From NCBI GenBank assembly GCA_017475845.1, contig JAFVEU010000075.1, forward strand, positions 1 through 36,361: a DNA stretch of 36,361 nt, read 5' to 3'. Made by a program: the position numbers and the translations under genes. Below the pieces are notes generated by a model. It was given only the letters and a program-made list of their open reading frames with translations. It searched no databases and was not told the origin of the DNA. This document shows positions 8,314-17,674 of the stretch, one piece after another. Numbering within the stretch: position 1 is the stretch's first letter; each line of letters starts with the position of its first letter. This DNA comes from Lachnospiraceae bacterium (lineage in GTDB: Bacteria > Bacillota > Clostridia > Lachnospirales > Lachnospiraceae).

Positions 8314-10036
8314 AAAGATCGGAGGATATCTTAAGGGATACAGGGGGTTTCTCGCCCTGTCCCTTGTAATGGCTTTCATTTCCGCCCTGCTTTCACTCTG
8401 CATTCCTTTCCTTACGGGAAGGGCGGTGGACTGCATCCTTGGCCCGGGAAGGGTGGATATGAAGGGCGCCGTAAGGGTCATGATCCTGATCGCACTCTGC
8501 GCTCTCTTTACTTCTCTTTCCCAGTATATAATGAGCGTCCTTAATAATAAGATCGCCTGCGGAGTGGTAAGGGATATGAGGGATGCGGCCTTCACGAAGA
8601 TCGGGAAGCTTCCCTTAAGCTATCTCGATAACCATCCCTACGGGGATATATTAAGCCGGGTTATCTCGGACGCGGATCAGTTTTCGGACGGGCTCATAAT
8701 GGGTTTCTCCCAGTTCTTTACGGGTGTCGTCACTATTCTCGGAACCCTTCTCTTTATGCTTCTTATCGATCTGAAAATGGGTCTGATCGTCATGTTCCTT
8801 ACACCACTGTCCTTCTTTGTTGCCAGATCCATCGCTGTCCGGACCTACCGCTATGCCCTTGCCCAAAGCAGTGTGAGGGGAAAGGAAACAGCCTTCATAA
8901 ATGAGATGGTTGGGGGAGCCATGGTCATCAAAGCCTTTAACCGGGAGGAGAGGGTTATAAAGGATTTTGACGATATCAATGAGGAGCTGAGGGACGCTTC
9001 CCTGAAAGCAACCTTCTTTTCCAGCCTTACAAATCCCTCCACAAGATTTGTGAACAATACGGTATACGCCGTGGTGGCCATAGCAGGAGGCCTGGGTGTC
9101 CTTAAGGGCCTGATGACCGTGGGGGAGCTTACCAGCTTCTTAGGCTATGCCAGGGAGTACACAAAGCCCTTTAACGAGATAACCGGGGTGGTGACGGAGC
9201 TGCAGAATGCCCTGGCCTGCGCAGAAAGGCTTTTAAGCTTCATAGAAGAGAAAGAGGAAGAGGCAGACAGTGAGGATGCTTCTGTTCTTTCCGGCTGCAG
9301 GGGAGAGATAGGTATTGACAATGTTTCCTTCTCATATACCGAAGACAGAAAGCTTATCCGGGATTTCAGCCTGCGGGTAAAACCCGGACAGCATATAGCC
9401 ATCGCCGGGCCCACGGGCTGCGGGAAAACCACTCTCATAAACCTTCTTATGCGTTTTTATGACGTGAACAAAGGCAGCATAAGCGTGGACGGAAGGGATA
9501 TAAGGAAGATCACAAAGAGAAGCTTAAGGGACTCCTTCGGGATGGTCCTGCAGGACACATGGCTTAAGAGCGGGACCATAAGGGATAACCTCACCATGGG
9601 GAACCCTTCCGTTTCGGAGGAGGAAATGGTGGAAGCCGCCAGGGACTGCCACGCCCACTCCTTTATCATGAAGCTCCCTGATGGTTATGACACCTTTATC
9701 TCCGAGGACGGGGGCTCTCTTTCCGCCGGACAGAAGCAGCTGCTCTGCATCACCAGAGCCATGCTTTCAAAGCCTTCCATGCTGATACTTGACGAGGCCA
9801 CCTCCTCTATCGATACCAGAACAGAGATCAAGATCCAGGAGGCTTTCCACAGGATCATGGAGGGGAAGACCGGATTTATCGTGGCTCACAGGCTTTCCAC
9901 CATCAGGGAGGCGGATCTCATCCTTGTTATGAAGGACGGTAACATCATTGAACAGGGGAGCCATGAGGATCTGCTGGCCCGTAAGGGCTTCTATCACGAG
10001 CTCTATCAGAGCCAGTTCGCAGGGAACGCCACCTGA
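8294..10036 (+). CDS. ABC exporter TMD-NBD subunit with consensus Walker B/switch
   Basis: GTG start at 8294 after GAGGAG; GPTGCGKT, LSAGQ, LILDEAT, AHR. Forms a TM287/288-type heterodimer pair with the upstream gene. Confidence 0.95.
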   Translation: MNRQLIKKIGGYLKGYRGFLALSLVMAFISALLSLCIPFLTGRAVDCILGPGRVDMKGAVRVMILIALCALFTSLSQYIMSVLNNKIACGVVRDMRDAAFTKIGKLPLSYLDNHPYGDILSRVISDADQFSDGLIMGFSQFFTGVVTILGTLLFMLLIDLKMGLIVMFLTPLSFFVARSIAVRTYRYALAQSSVRGKETAFINEMVGGAMVIKAFNREERVIKDFDDINEELRDASLKATFFSSLTNPSTRFVNNTVYAVVAIAGGLGVLKGLMTVGELTSFLGYAREYTKPFNEITGVVTELQNALACAERLLSFIEEKEEEADSEDASVLSGCRGEIGIDNVSFSYTEDRKLIRDFSLRVKPGQHIAIAGPTGCGKTTLINLLMRFYDVNKGSISVDGRDIRKITKRSLRDSFGMVLQDTWLKSGTIRDNLTMGNPSVSEEEMVEAARDCHAHSFIMKLPDGYDTFISEDGGSLSAGQKQLLCITRAMLSKPSMLILDEATSSIDTRTEIKIQEAFHRIMEGKTGFIVAHRLSTIREADLILVMKDGNIIEQGSHEDLLARKGFYHELYQSQFAGNAT

Positions 10037-10159
10037 TGCAAAGCATGAAGGGATAAACTGATTGACGTTCTCAAAGAGTATGGACGCGTCTGTCCCGTGC
10101 AGTTTACCATAATTTCGTAATAAACAATTCATAAATTTTTAATTTTTTCCCATAATTAG

Positions 10160-10188
10160 TAGAAATATAAGGATGATTGTGCTATATT
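10160..10188 (+). promoter_or_regulatory. Putative sigma-A promoter of the cell-wall operon
   Basis: TAGAAA-17 bp-TATATT with extended TG, in an AT-rich intergenic tract. Confidence 0.45.
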
Positions 10189-10305
10189 TTGTGTGTATGT
10201 TTTTAAAACCGGTAGACATAAAGTAAGTACTATCAGTTATACGACTTTATAAAATACCTGAAAATAGTAATGAAAAAATCAAAGAACGGTGATGTACAGT
10301 ACGTA

Positions 10306-10388
10306 GGCCACGGCTACCGTATATCTCGCATCATAATGCGGGATGCCGACCCCGGCGAGGGGCGAAGCGGATTTTGAATGCCGTGGCT
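10306..10388 (+). ncRNA. Candidate structured 5' UTR element (multi-branch), not assignable to a known riboswitch
   Basis: GCCACGGC(10307-14)/GCCGTGGC(10380-87) encloses CCGT/GCGG, a 10-bp hairpin 10322-10345 and CCCC/GGGG 10350-10362. GC-rich island in an AT-rich leader. Confidence 0.45.
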
Positions 10389-10415
10389 CTCAAAACGAAA
10401 GGCAAGGAGTTAAAT

Positions 10416-13400
10416 ATGGGTAAACGTAGCAGGATTTTGACAGCTTTATTATTGTCAGCGGCAATGGTGATGGGAAGCATTACCCCGGGCTTTGCGGCTG
10501 AGGTTACGGGTGCTGCATCGGTGTCGGAAGATACTGCGGCTGCAGAGAGTCCGGAACAGGAGGGGGCAGAGAATGAAGCAGATACGGCTGAAACAGGGAG
10601 CAGCGAAGATGCGGATGAGCTTAAGGCGGCAGCTGAGACCGAGAAGGATGCTGCTGAAGGAGCTGTGGCGGAGACCGGTGAAGTTTCTGAAAATGATATA
10701 GAAAGCGAAGAACCTGCGGAAGAAGCGTCTCCGGAGGCCGAGGAGGCAGCTCCGGAGGCTGAAGTAAAGGCGGAGGAAACCGTTACGGGGGAAACCGTCA
10801 CGGAAATGACGGTGGAAAAAGAGCCGGAGGAAGAGGCGGAGAAGGGTAATAAGTCCGGAAGCAGCATAAAGGCCGATCTGGATGAGGAGACCACCCGTAC
10901 TTATACCACCATTGAGAATTCCAAGGAGTATGACGGAAATGACTATGCTCCGAAATACGCAGTTCCTTCGGGACATAAGGTTGTGTCCCAGAACAAGAAG
11001 GATTCTCCTGCGCTGGCTCTGAATAACGGAGTGTTTACCTTCCCTGCCATAAAGTTTGTAAGTGAGTCACAGACATTTTACGTATATCCTGAAAAACCCG
11101 AAAAGGACGAGGACTACGATTTCCTTATAAAGTCCTCCATCACACGAAGGCCCGTAACTTTCCGAAGCGGAACCTATACCAAGGAATATGACGGGAAGAC
11201 TCTTTCCCAGGCTTCCGCTCCCGGAGCGGAGAGACCCTGGATCGTAAAGGGATCCATGGTGGGTTCCGAATCCTTCGTTTTTGAATTTGATCCGGAAGCG
11301 AAGATCACAGAGCCCGGATCCGTTAAGAATAAATTCTCCGTTTCAAAGAACGGAAGCAGTGCGGATATCAATAACTATGATGTCGGATATGAATACGGAG
11401 ACCTCATAGTAAGCGAAAAGAGAGGAACGGTCAACGGCCTGCCCACACCCACAAAGGTAAAGGCGGTGATCGATAACAAGGGAAGGGTCAAGCTCTCCTG
11501 GAAAAAGGTTCAGAGTTATAAGGAGCCCGGCAAAAAGGGAGGAAAGACCGCATACAGGATCTACAGATACAGCGAGAACGGAATCTGGAAAAGCCTGACG
11601 GACGGCCTGTATAAGACCAAGTATTTCGATTCCTCTCCAAGCGATGGGGAGAAGCTTATCTATAAGATCATCCCTGTGGGAATGGATTCCTCGGGAGTAT
11701 CCGGAGAGGGTGAAAAGCCTGCATATATCCGTGTGACACCCAAGATCGTAAGCGTTACTCCCAGTGACGGTATCCACTACGCCAATGTGAATTTCATGGG
11801 CTTTGGCAGCGATACGGATAAATATGCGATCCAGCATTGGAACAATAAGAGCAAGAGCATACGGGAAGAGATTGCCGTTACCAAATACAATTCCACCTGG
11901 TCCAGATACGTGACAAAGACCCGTACCATAAGCACCAATTCCTACCTGGATGCCGGCGGGGAAAATGTGACCATTTCCGGCAACAACAAATCTACCTTTA
12001 CCTTCAGGGTGAAGGCAGAGGAGACCGTGGTATATGACTATGGTCAGAGGATCGAGCTGGAAGACAGTGCCTGGTCAAGACCTGCAAAGCTTAAGCTGGT
12101 GTCCATGGCTCCCTACCTTAAGGGAAAGAGAAAGAGCAACACTGCCTTTACACTTAAGTGGAACAAGATAAGCAAGGCTACGGGATACCTTATCGAGTAC
12201 AGTAAGGACAGCAGGTTCGGGGCTTTACATACCACGAAGGTGTATACAAGTACCGACGAGAAGTCCGATTATTTTAACAGCAGAGAATACACCGTTGAAA
12301 ACGTGGGCGTGGGAGTTCCTTATTACTGCAGGGTGACCGCTTATCTTAAAAAGAAGAATGACGGCACCGAGTTCGGGACCGAGCTCGGAACCTCCAACGT
12401 GATCATCCAGTACGGACGCCAGAAGGCAGTTACAAATCTGAAGGCCGAGTACTATGAGGACGGAAATTCCAAGGCGGATGCAAAGCTTACCTGGAGCGAT
12501 ACGGCTGATAATATAAGCGGATATTATGTCCGTAGATGGAGCTACGCATATAATGAAACAACAAAGCAGTATGACAAGCTTTCCGGCTATGAGGTGCTCC
12601 AGGGCTATGCTTCGGAAAATGCCGCCAGGAAAAGGTATGTCAGCACGGTAGGCGGAAAGATCGCCAACGGAGAACTGATAAAGTATTGTGTACAGTCTGT
12701 ATGGCATGTGGGCGGAACAGCCGGAGAAAACCATGACGGCTATGTTTTCAGTGATCCTGCGGAATACTTCTACATGAACCCTACGGAGGTGGATCTTACA
12801 AAGACCAAGTATACCGTAAAGGTTGACGGTACGGTTACTCCCGCACTTAAGATCAAGCCCAAAAAGATGCCGAAGAAGGCGGACGGCTATACCCAGTCCG
12901 AGTTTAAGGATATCTTCGAATTCAACGATGATATGGAATTCGTATTAAAGAGCGACAGCCTTACAAATTCGGAGATAAAGAAATATGTGACTGTTGATGC
13001 GGATTCCGGCAAGCTTAAGGGTATAAAGGTACGTAAGAGTTCCGGTATATACATAAAGGTTTCTTCTCCCAACGACCCTTCAAATGTCTATGACGAAGCG
13101 AAGGTATATGTAGTTGAAGACGGAGATAACGAAGGCACGGAGAAGGAAAAGACATCGGGTCTGGTGGTCTGCATAGATCCCGGACATGGCGGAAAGGATG
13201 ACGGTACGACCCATAACGGTATTACCGAAAAGGATGTGAACCTGAAGCTGGCAAAGATGCTGAGGGATGAGCTTAAGGACAGGGGCGCCAAGGTTTATAT
13301 GACAAGAACTGATGACAGCTATGTTTCCCTTACGGACAGGACTGATTATGCAGACGAAAAGGACTGCAATCTCTTTGTGAGCGTACACTGCAATTACAAC

Positions 13401-13715
13401 GACGATTCCAGCAAGAGAGGAACGGAGGTTTATTATTCCGTTAAGAGCGAGTATGCCAAGAAGAAGCTTTCCAAGGCAATAAGCGCGGCTGTATCCGATG
13501 CGCTGGGAACCACAGACAGAGGAGCTCTCACAAGACAGGGAAATGACGGAGACTACTATTCCGTAATACGTACTTCCGCAGCCAAGGGAATACCCGGTAT
13601 CATTGTTGAGCATGCTTTTGTTTCCAATTCCAAGGATGCAGAGGCTCTTAAGGATGACGGGCTCTTGCAGAAGGCTGCAAAGGCTGAAGCTAAGGCCATC
13701 ATAGAGAACTGGTAA
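10416..13715 (+). CDS. Large secreted modular N-acetylmuramoyl-L-alanine amidase (signal peptide, acidic linker, MBG-like and Fn3/Ig-like domains, C-terminal Amidase_3)
   Basis: ATG 10416 after AAGGAG; signal peptide ending 'PGFA-AE'; Glu/Ala-rich tract; Fn3-like 'LSWKKV...YRIYR' and 'LKWNKISKATGY'; Amidase_3 residues DPGHGG, EKDVN, SVHCN, IVEHAF. Confidence 0.92.
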   Translation: MGKRSRILTALLLSAAMVMGSITPGFAAEVTGAASVSEDTAAAESPEQEGAENEADTAETGSSEDADELKAAAETEKDAAEGAVAETGEVSENDIESEEPAEEASPEAEEAAPEAEVKAEETVTGETVTEMTVEKEPEEEAEKGNKSGSSIKADLDEETTRTYTTIENSKEYDGNDYAPKYAVPSGHKVVSQNKKDSPALALNNGVFTFPAIKFVSESQTFYVYPEKPEKDEDYDFLIKSSITRRPVTFRSGTYTKEYDGKTLSQASAPGAERPWIVKGSMVGSESFVFEFDPEAKITEPGSVKNKFSVSKNGSSADINNYDVGYEYGDLIVSEKRGTVNGLPTPTKVKAVIDNKGRVKLSWKKVQSYKEPGKKGGKTAYRIYRYSENGIWKSLTDGLYKTKYFDSSPSDGEKLIYKIIPVGMDSSGVSGEGEKPAYIRVTPKIVSVTPSDGIHYANVNFMGFGSDTDKYAIQHWNNKSKSIREEIAVTKYNSTWSRYVTKTRTISTNSYLDAGGENVTISGNNKSTFTFRVKAEETVVYDYGQRIELEDSAWSRPAKLKLVSMAPYLKGKRKSNTAFTLKWNKISKATGYLIEYSKDSRFGALHTTKVYTSTDEKSDYFNSREYTVENVGVGVPYYCRVTAYLKKKNDGTEFGTELGTSNVIIQYGRQKAVTNLKAEYYEDGNSKADAKLTWSDTADNISGYYVRRWSYAYNETTKQYDKLSGYEVLQGYASENAARKRYVSTVGGKIANGELIKYCVQSVWHVGGTAGENHDGYVFSDPAEYFYMNPTEVDLTKTKYTVKVDGTVTPALKIKPKKMPKKADGYTQSEFKDIFEFNDDMEFVLKSDSLTNSEIKKYVTVDADSGKLKGIKVRKSSGIYIKVSSPNDPSNVYDEAKVYVVEDGDNEGTEKEKTSGLVVCIDPGHGGKDDGTTHNGITEKDVNLKLAKMLRDELKDRGAKVYMTRTDDSYVSLTDRTDYADEKDCNLFVSVHCNYNDDSSKRGTEVYYSVKSEYAKKKLSKAISAAVSDALGTTDRGALTRQGNDGDYYSVIRTSAAKGIPGIIVEHAFVSNSKDAEALKDDGLLQKAAKAEAKAIIENW

Positions 13716-13721
13716 AGGATC

Positions 13722-14402
13722 ATGAGATCAAAGACTTTAATCCTCATCCTCGCGGCAGTGGCTTTGTTCACTGCCTGCGGAGGGGAGAAAAAGAATAATA
13801 CGGGAGAAGTCCTTCCAAAGATCCACGAAGGGAGTACCGAGGAAAGCGGCAGCGGAGAAAAGCCCGAGGTAATAGAGAGGGATGAGGCACTTAAAGCTCT
13901 GGAAGAAAAGCTTGAAGGCACCGGCTGCAGGGCAGTATTCAATAAGCAGGCGGAAGTGGATGAGGTTGACTGCTACCTCTATTCTGTGGTAAATAATGAT
14001 GGAGAAGAAACGGAACAGATGCTGGCGGTGAATGCCGTTTCCGGTGAGGTTCTGGTATATGACAGTGAGTATGAGAGTCTCCTGCCCTTTGACCGCTTTG
14101 AATATTATAAGGACGACGGAAAAGGGCCGGTGAGCTGGGATTCCGGGTATTACCTGGCTCCCTTTAAGCTTTCTCTCATGCCTGCGGATGATACATCCTT
14201 TGAATTCTCCATTACAAAGGACGGATCAAAGAAAGAAGAGCTTACGGGGGTTGCGGAGGTGAGTTCCGATAACCCGAAGGAAGCGCTTTATGAGGACGGT
14301 GGCATCTCTCTTACCTTTGTGAATAACGGGGAGACCCTGGAGATCAGGGATAAGGGTAAGAAGAGCGGCTTCGCCGGGAAATATGAAAGGGTAGATGAGT
14401 AA
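13722..14402 (+). CDS. Acidic lipoprotein of unknown function
   Basis: Lipobox 'LFTA-C' after a hydrophobic stretch; beta-rich C-terminal part ending 'FAGKYER'. Confidence 0.8.
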   Translation: MRSKTLILILAAVALFTACGGEKKNNTGEVLPKIHEGSTEESGSGEKPEVIERDEALKALEEKLEGTGCRAVFNKQAEVDEVDCYLYSVVNNDGEETEQMLAVNAVSGEVLVYDSEYESLLPFDRFEYYKDDGKGPVSWDSGYYLAPFKLSLMPADDTSFEFSITKDGSKKEELTGVAEVSSDNPKEALYEDGGISLTFVNNGETLEIRDKGKKSGFAGKYERVDE

Positions 14403-15409
14403 TGAAGATCGTTAAGAGAATACTTGCGGTGCTCCTTACCGCAGCGATACTTACTGCGGGCTCAAATGCCGCAGGGTTAAATATGGTTGAGACCAGGGCC
14501 GCTTCGGCTCCTGCGGGATTAAAGGGTGTGTGGTTTTCCTTCCTGGACTGGCAGGCCTATCTTAAGGGAAAGGATAAGGCCGGCTTTGACAGCGCCTTTG
14601 GGGGAGTCTGTGACGTGACCCTGTCCCATGGGCTCAATGCCATATTTGTCCATGTCAGGAGCCATAATGATGCTGTCTATCCTTCAGGGATCTATCCCTG
14701 GAGTTCTGAAATGCTTAACGGTGCTGATCCGGGTTACGATCCCTTAGCGGACATGGTGGAGATTGCCCATTCAAAGGGGCTTCAGATCCACGCCTGGATA
14801 AACCCCTACGGATACAGGAACGGTGTCATATGCGGAAACGCAGCTCTTGCCAATACCGCAAATGTGGTCTCCGGAGTTCAGGAGATAGCTGCGAATTACG
14901 CGGTTGACGGCATACATTTTGATGATTATTTCCCGCCTATCGGCAAGGCGGAGACCAATTCCATGGTGAGCCAGGTCCATACTGTCTGTGCCAATACCGG
15001 AAAGGTCTTCGGTATTTCTCCCCAGGGAAATCTGGACAACCTAAGGGCATCCTCCGCGGATGTGGATACCTGGCTCTCAAGCGGCGGGTATGTGGATTAT
15101 CTCGCACCCCAGATCTACTGGTCCGATAACTACGGGGCAGCGGGAAATGTGACCATGTTCTCAAACCGCATGAATCTCTTTAAGAGTATTGATAAGGCAG
15201 GGATCCCTCTCTATCTCGGTATGGCCGGATACAAATCGGGGCAGGTGATCGGAGGAGATCCGGGATGGAGGCTTTCATCCGTTAATCTTGCCACCCAGCG
15301 GGACAAGGCAGCGGGGGCAGGCTATACAGGATACATAGTTTACCGCTATAATACCCTTTTAAGCGGCGCAGCACAGGCGGAGCTCGGCGCATTACAGTCA
15401 AGAGGGTGA
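14402..15409 (+). CDS. Secreted GHL10 (DUF187, YddW/DigH-like) glycosyl hydrolase
   Basis: Signal peptide; 'LKGVW', 'NAIFVHVR...DAVYPS', 'YDPL', 'IHAWINPY', 'VDGIHFDDYF', 'GISPQG', 'VDYLAPQIYW'. Confidence 0.9.
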   Translation: MKIVKRILAVLLTAAILTAGSNAAGLNMVETRAASAPAGLKGVWFSFLDWQAYLKGKDKAGFDSAFGGVCDVTLSHGLNAIFVHVRSHNDAVYPSGIYPWSSEMLNGADPGYDPLADMVEIAHSKGLQIHAWINPYGYRNGVICGNAALANTANVVSGVQEIAANYAVDGIHFDDYFPPIGKAETNSMVSQVHTVCANTGKVFGISPQGNLDNLRASSADVDTWLSSGGYVDYLAPQIYWSDNYGAAGNVTMFSNRMNLFKSIDKAGIPLYLGMAGYKSGQVIGGDPGWRLSSVNLATQRDKAAGAGYTGYIVYRYNTLLSGAAQAELGALQSRG

Positions 15410-15417
15410 ACCTTAAG

Positions 15418-16245
15418 ATGAGAAAAGTGATTATCGTAAAGCCTGTCAGCGAGGAGGAAAAAAGGGAATACGGATCCATCAGGGATCTGGATATTTCCTT
15501 TTGCTCCGAGAGTGAGCTTGGACGGCAGGATATTTCGGATACAGCATTGATAATAGGAGATATAAGCCCGGCAGTGCTTAAGGATCTGGTGGAGGAAACA
15601 GCTTCCGGGGAGAAAGATACTCCGGATGAACACCGCAGTACCAGGATCTTAAACAAGCCGCTGATCCTCGCTTCCGCTTCTCCCAGAAGAAGGGAGCTCC
15701 TCACAAAGGCGGATATCCTCTTTGTGGTGATGCCTGCGGATATAGACGAGAGCTGTGATATAGAGGACCCCGCGGAAGCAGCGGAGGAGGTCTCCTGCCT
15801 AAAGGCCGAGTATGTGGCCGATAAGCTGATAAAAGAGGAAAAGAGGGATTCATTTGTGATCCTCTCTGCAGATACCATAGTATCCATTGACGGAAAGATC
15901 CTTGGAAAGCCAAAGGATGAAGAGGAAGCCTTCAGGGTGCTTAAGGAGCTTCAGGGCAGGGATCATGAGGTCTATACAGGAGTTACCATAGCTGTAAAGC
16001 AGAGCGGACGGGATGTGTACTACAGGCAGTTCCATGAGAAGACCAGGGTTAGGATCTACCCCGTGAGTGACGAGCAGATAAGGGAATACATCTCTACCGG
16101 GGAGCCTTTGGACAAGGCCGGTTCCTATGCCATTCAGGGATCCTTTGCAAAATACATAAAGAGCATAAAGGGAGATTACAGCAATGTGGTGGGCCTCCCG
16201 GTGGGAAGGGTATTTAAGGAGCTTAAGCAGTTCCTGAGAAAATAA
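15418..16245 (+). CDS. maf: Maf (YhdE-type) nucleotide pyrophosphatase with an extra ~75-aa N-terminal segment
   Basis: 'LILASASPRRRELL', 'SADTIV', 'LGKP', 'DKAGSYAIQG', 'NVVGLP'. Start at GTG 15406 or ATG 15418. Confidence 0.92.
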   Translation: MRKVIIVKPVSEEEKREYGSIRDLDISFCSESELGRQDISDTALIIGDISPAVLKDLVEETASGEKDTPDEHRSTRILNKPLILASASPRRRELLTKADILFVVMPADIDESCDIEDPAEAAEEVSCLKAEYVADKLIKEEKRDSFVILSADTIVSIDGKILGKPKDEEEAFRVLKELQGRDHEVYTGVTIAVKQSGRDVYYRQFHEKTRVRIYPVSDEQIREYISTGEPLDKAGSYAIQGSFAKYIKSIKGDYSNVVGLPVGRVFKELKQFLRK

Positions 16246-17672
16246 TGGTATTCAATTCGGTTTCCTTCGCGATCTTTTTCCCGGTCGCGGTCATCATATA
16301 TTTCATACTTCCGGCAGAGGGCCGGAAATACAGGAAAATATGGCTGCTTTTATGCAGCTATTATTTTTATGTCTGTCAGGGGGCTGTCTACGCGCTGCTC
16401 CTCTTTGCAGCAACTCTTATTACCTATCTGACCGCTCTTTTTATGAAGAGGAGAAAGGCTCTTTTGATACCGGGGCTTATTCTCTGCTTTGCCCTGCTCT
16501 TCTTTTTCAAATATTTTGATCTCTTCTGCGAAAGCTTTAAGATCTCCGCCGGTTTCAATATCCTTTTGCCGGTGGGGATATCCTTTTATCTCTTCAAATC
16601 GGCGTCCTATCTCATAGATGTGTACCGGGGAGACTGCCCCGCCGAAAAGGATTTCATTAAATACGCGCTCTACGTTTCCTTTTTCCCGGAGCTTCTGGCA
16701 GGCCCCATAAGCCGCGCTCCTGAGGTGATGCCGCAGTTTGATGAGGTCCATACCTTTGACTACGGACGGATAAGGAAGGGACTGCTAAGGATGCTTTACG
16801 GCTATTTTGTGAAGCTGGTGATAGCTTCACGGCTTGCGATCCTTGTGGACAGGGCATACGGAAATGTGCCCGGGACCGGAGGACTTACGCTCCTTATCGC
16901 TTCTTTCGCCTATTCCGTGCAGATCTACTGTGATTTCATGAGCTATTCCGAAATCGCCATCGGGGCCGGGGAAGTAATGGGGATCAGACTCCATGAAAAC
17001 TTCAGACAGCCCTTTCTTGCAAAGAATCTCCCGGAGCTCTGGCGCCGCTGGCATATTTCCCTTATGGACTGGTTCAGGGATTATCTCTACATTCCCTTAG
17101 GGGGCAGCAGAAAGGGTACTGTACGCAAGTACATAAACATACTTATAGTGTTTACGGTTTCCGGACTCTGGCACGGTGCCGCATATACCTATATCCTCTG
17201 GGGCTTTTTATCGGGACTCCTGCAATGCATTGGTATAATGACCGGGAATATAAGGAGCAGGATCGTATCCCTGTTTCCGGTGCATAATGCCCTTACGAAA
17301 GCCCTTCACGGGCTGTACATGAGAGCAGCCACCTTCTGCCTCTTCACCTTTACGGTGATATTTTTCAGGGCAGGAAGCATTGATGAAGCCTTCCTTGTAA
17401 TAAGGAGGATCGCCGGCATCCCCGGGGAAAACGGACTTTCAGGCTTCAGTCCTTCCGGACTCGGCCTGGGAACCTTAAACCTCCTTATTGCTGTTTTCAT
17501 GGTGCTTGTGCTCCTGTTAACGGATATCATAAGGGAGAAAAAGGGAGATGTTTTTGAACTTGTTACCGGGTCAAAATGGTATATACGCTGGGGAGTATAT
17601 TATTTCCTTACGGTTTCCGTTCTGCTAAGCGCCAATATAGGCGCCGCAAAGTTTATCTACTACGCTTTCTGA
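16245..17672 (+). CDS. MBOAT O-acyltransferase (AlgI/PatA/DltB family)
   Basis: 'MVFNS', 'LPVGISFY', 'FFPELLAGPI', 'QIYCDF', 'ENFRQPF', 'WRRWHISL', catalytic 'SGLWHGA', C-terminal 'FIYYAF'. Confidence 0.95.
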   Translation: MVFNSVSFAIFFPVAVIIYFILPAEGRKYRKIWLLLCSYYFYVCQGAVYALLLFAATLITYLTALFMKRRKALLIPGLILCFALLFFFKYFDLFCESFKISAGFNILLPVGISFYLFKSASYLIDVYRGDCPAEKDFIKYALYVSFFPELLAGPISRAPEVMPQFDEVHTFDYGRIRKGLLRMLYGYFVKLVIASRLAILVDRAYGNVPGTGGLTLLIASFAYSVQIYCDFMSYSEIAIGAGEVMGIRLHENFRQPFLAKNLPELWRRWHISLMDWFRDYLYIPLGGSRKGTVRKYINILIVFTVSGLWHGAAYTYILWGFLSGLLQCIGIMTGNIRSRIVSLFPVHNALTKALHGLYMRAATFCLFTFTVIFFRAGSIDEAFLVIRRIAGIPGENGLSGFSPSGLGLGTLNLLIAVFMVLVLLLTDIIREKKGDVFELVTGSKWYIRWGVYYFLTVSVLLSANIGAAKFIYYAF

Positions 17673-17674
17673 GT

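Noticed and set aside
6562-10036. Degenerate Walker B and switch in the first ABC subunit as a novelty or pseudogene
   Set aside because: This is the normal asymmetry of heterodimeric ABC exporters.
10104-10157. WalR-type direct repeats upstream of the amidase promoter
   Set aside because: Only loose AT-rich repeats (CCATAATT twice); no convincing TGTWAH-N5-TGTWAH.
10306-10388. c-di-AMP or c-di-GMP riboswitch
   Set aside because: The hallmark sequences (GGGGA..CC / GGGUGAA; GGCAAA..GAAA..GCAAA) are not present, so it is kept only as an unassigned structure.
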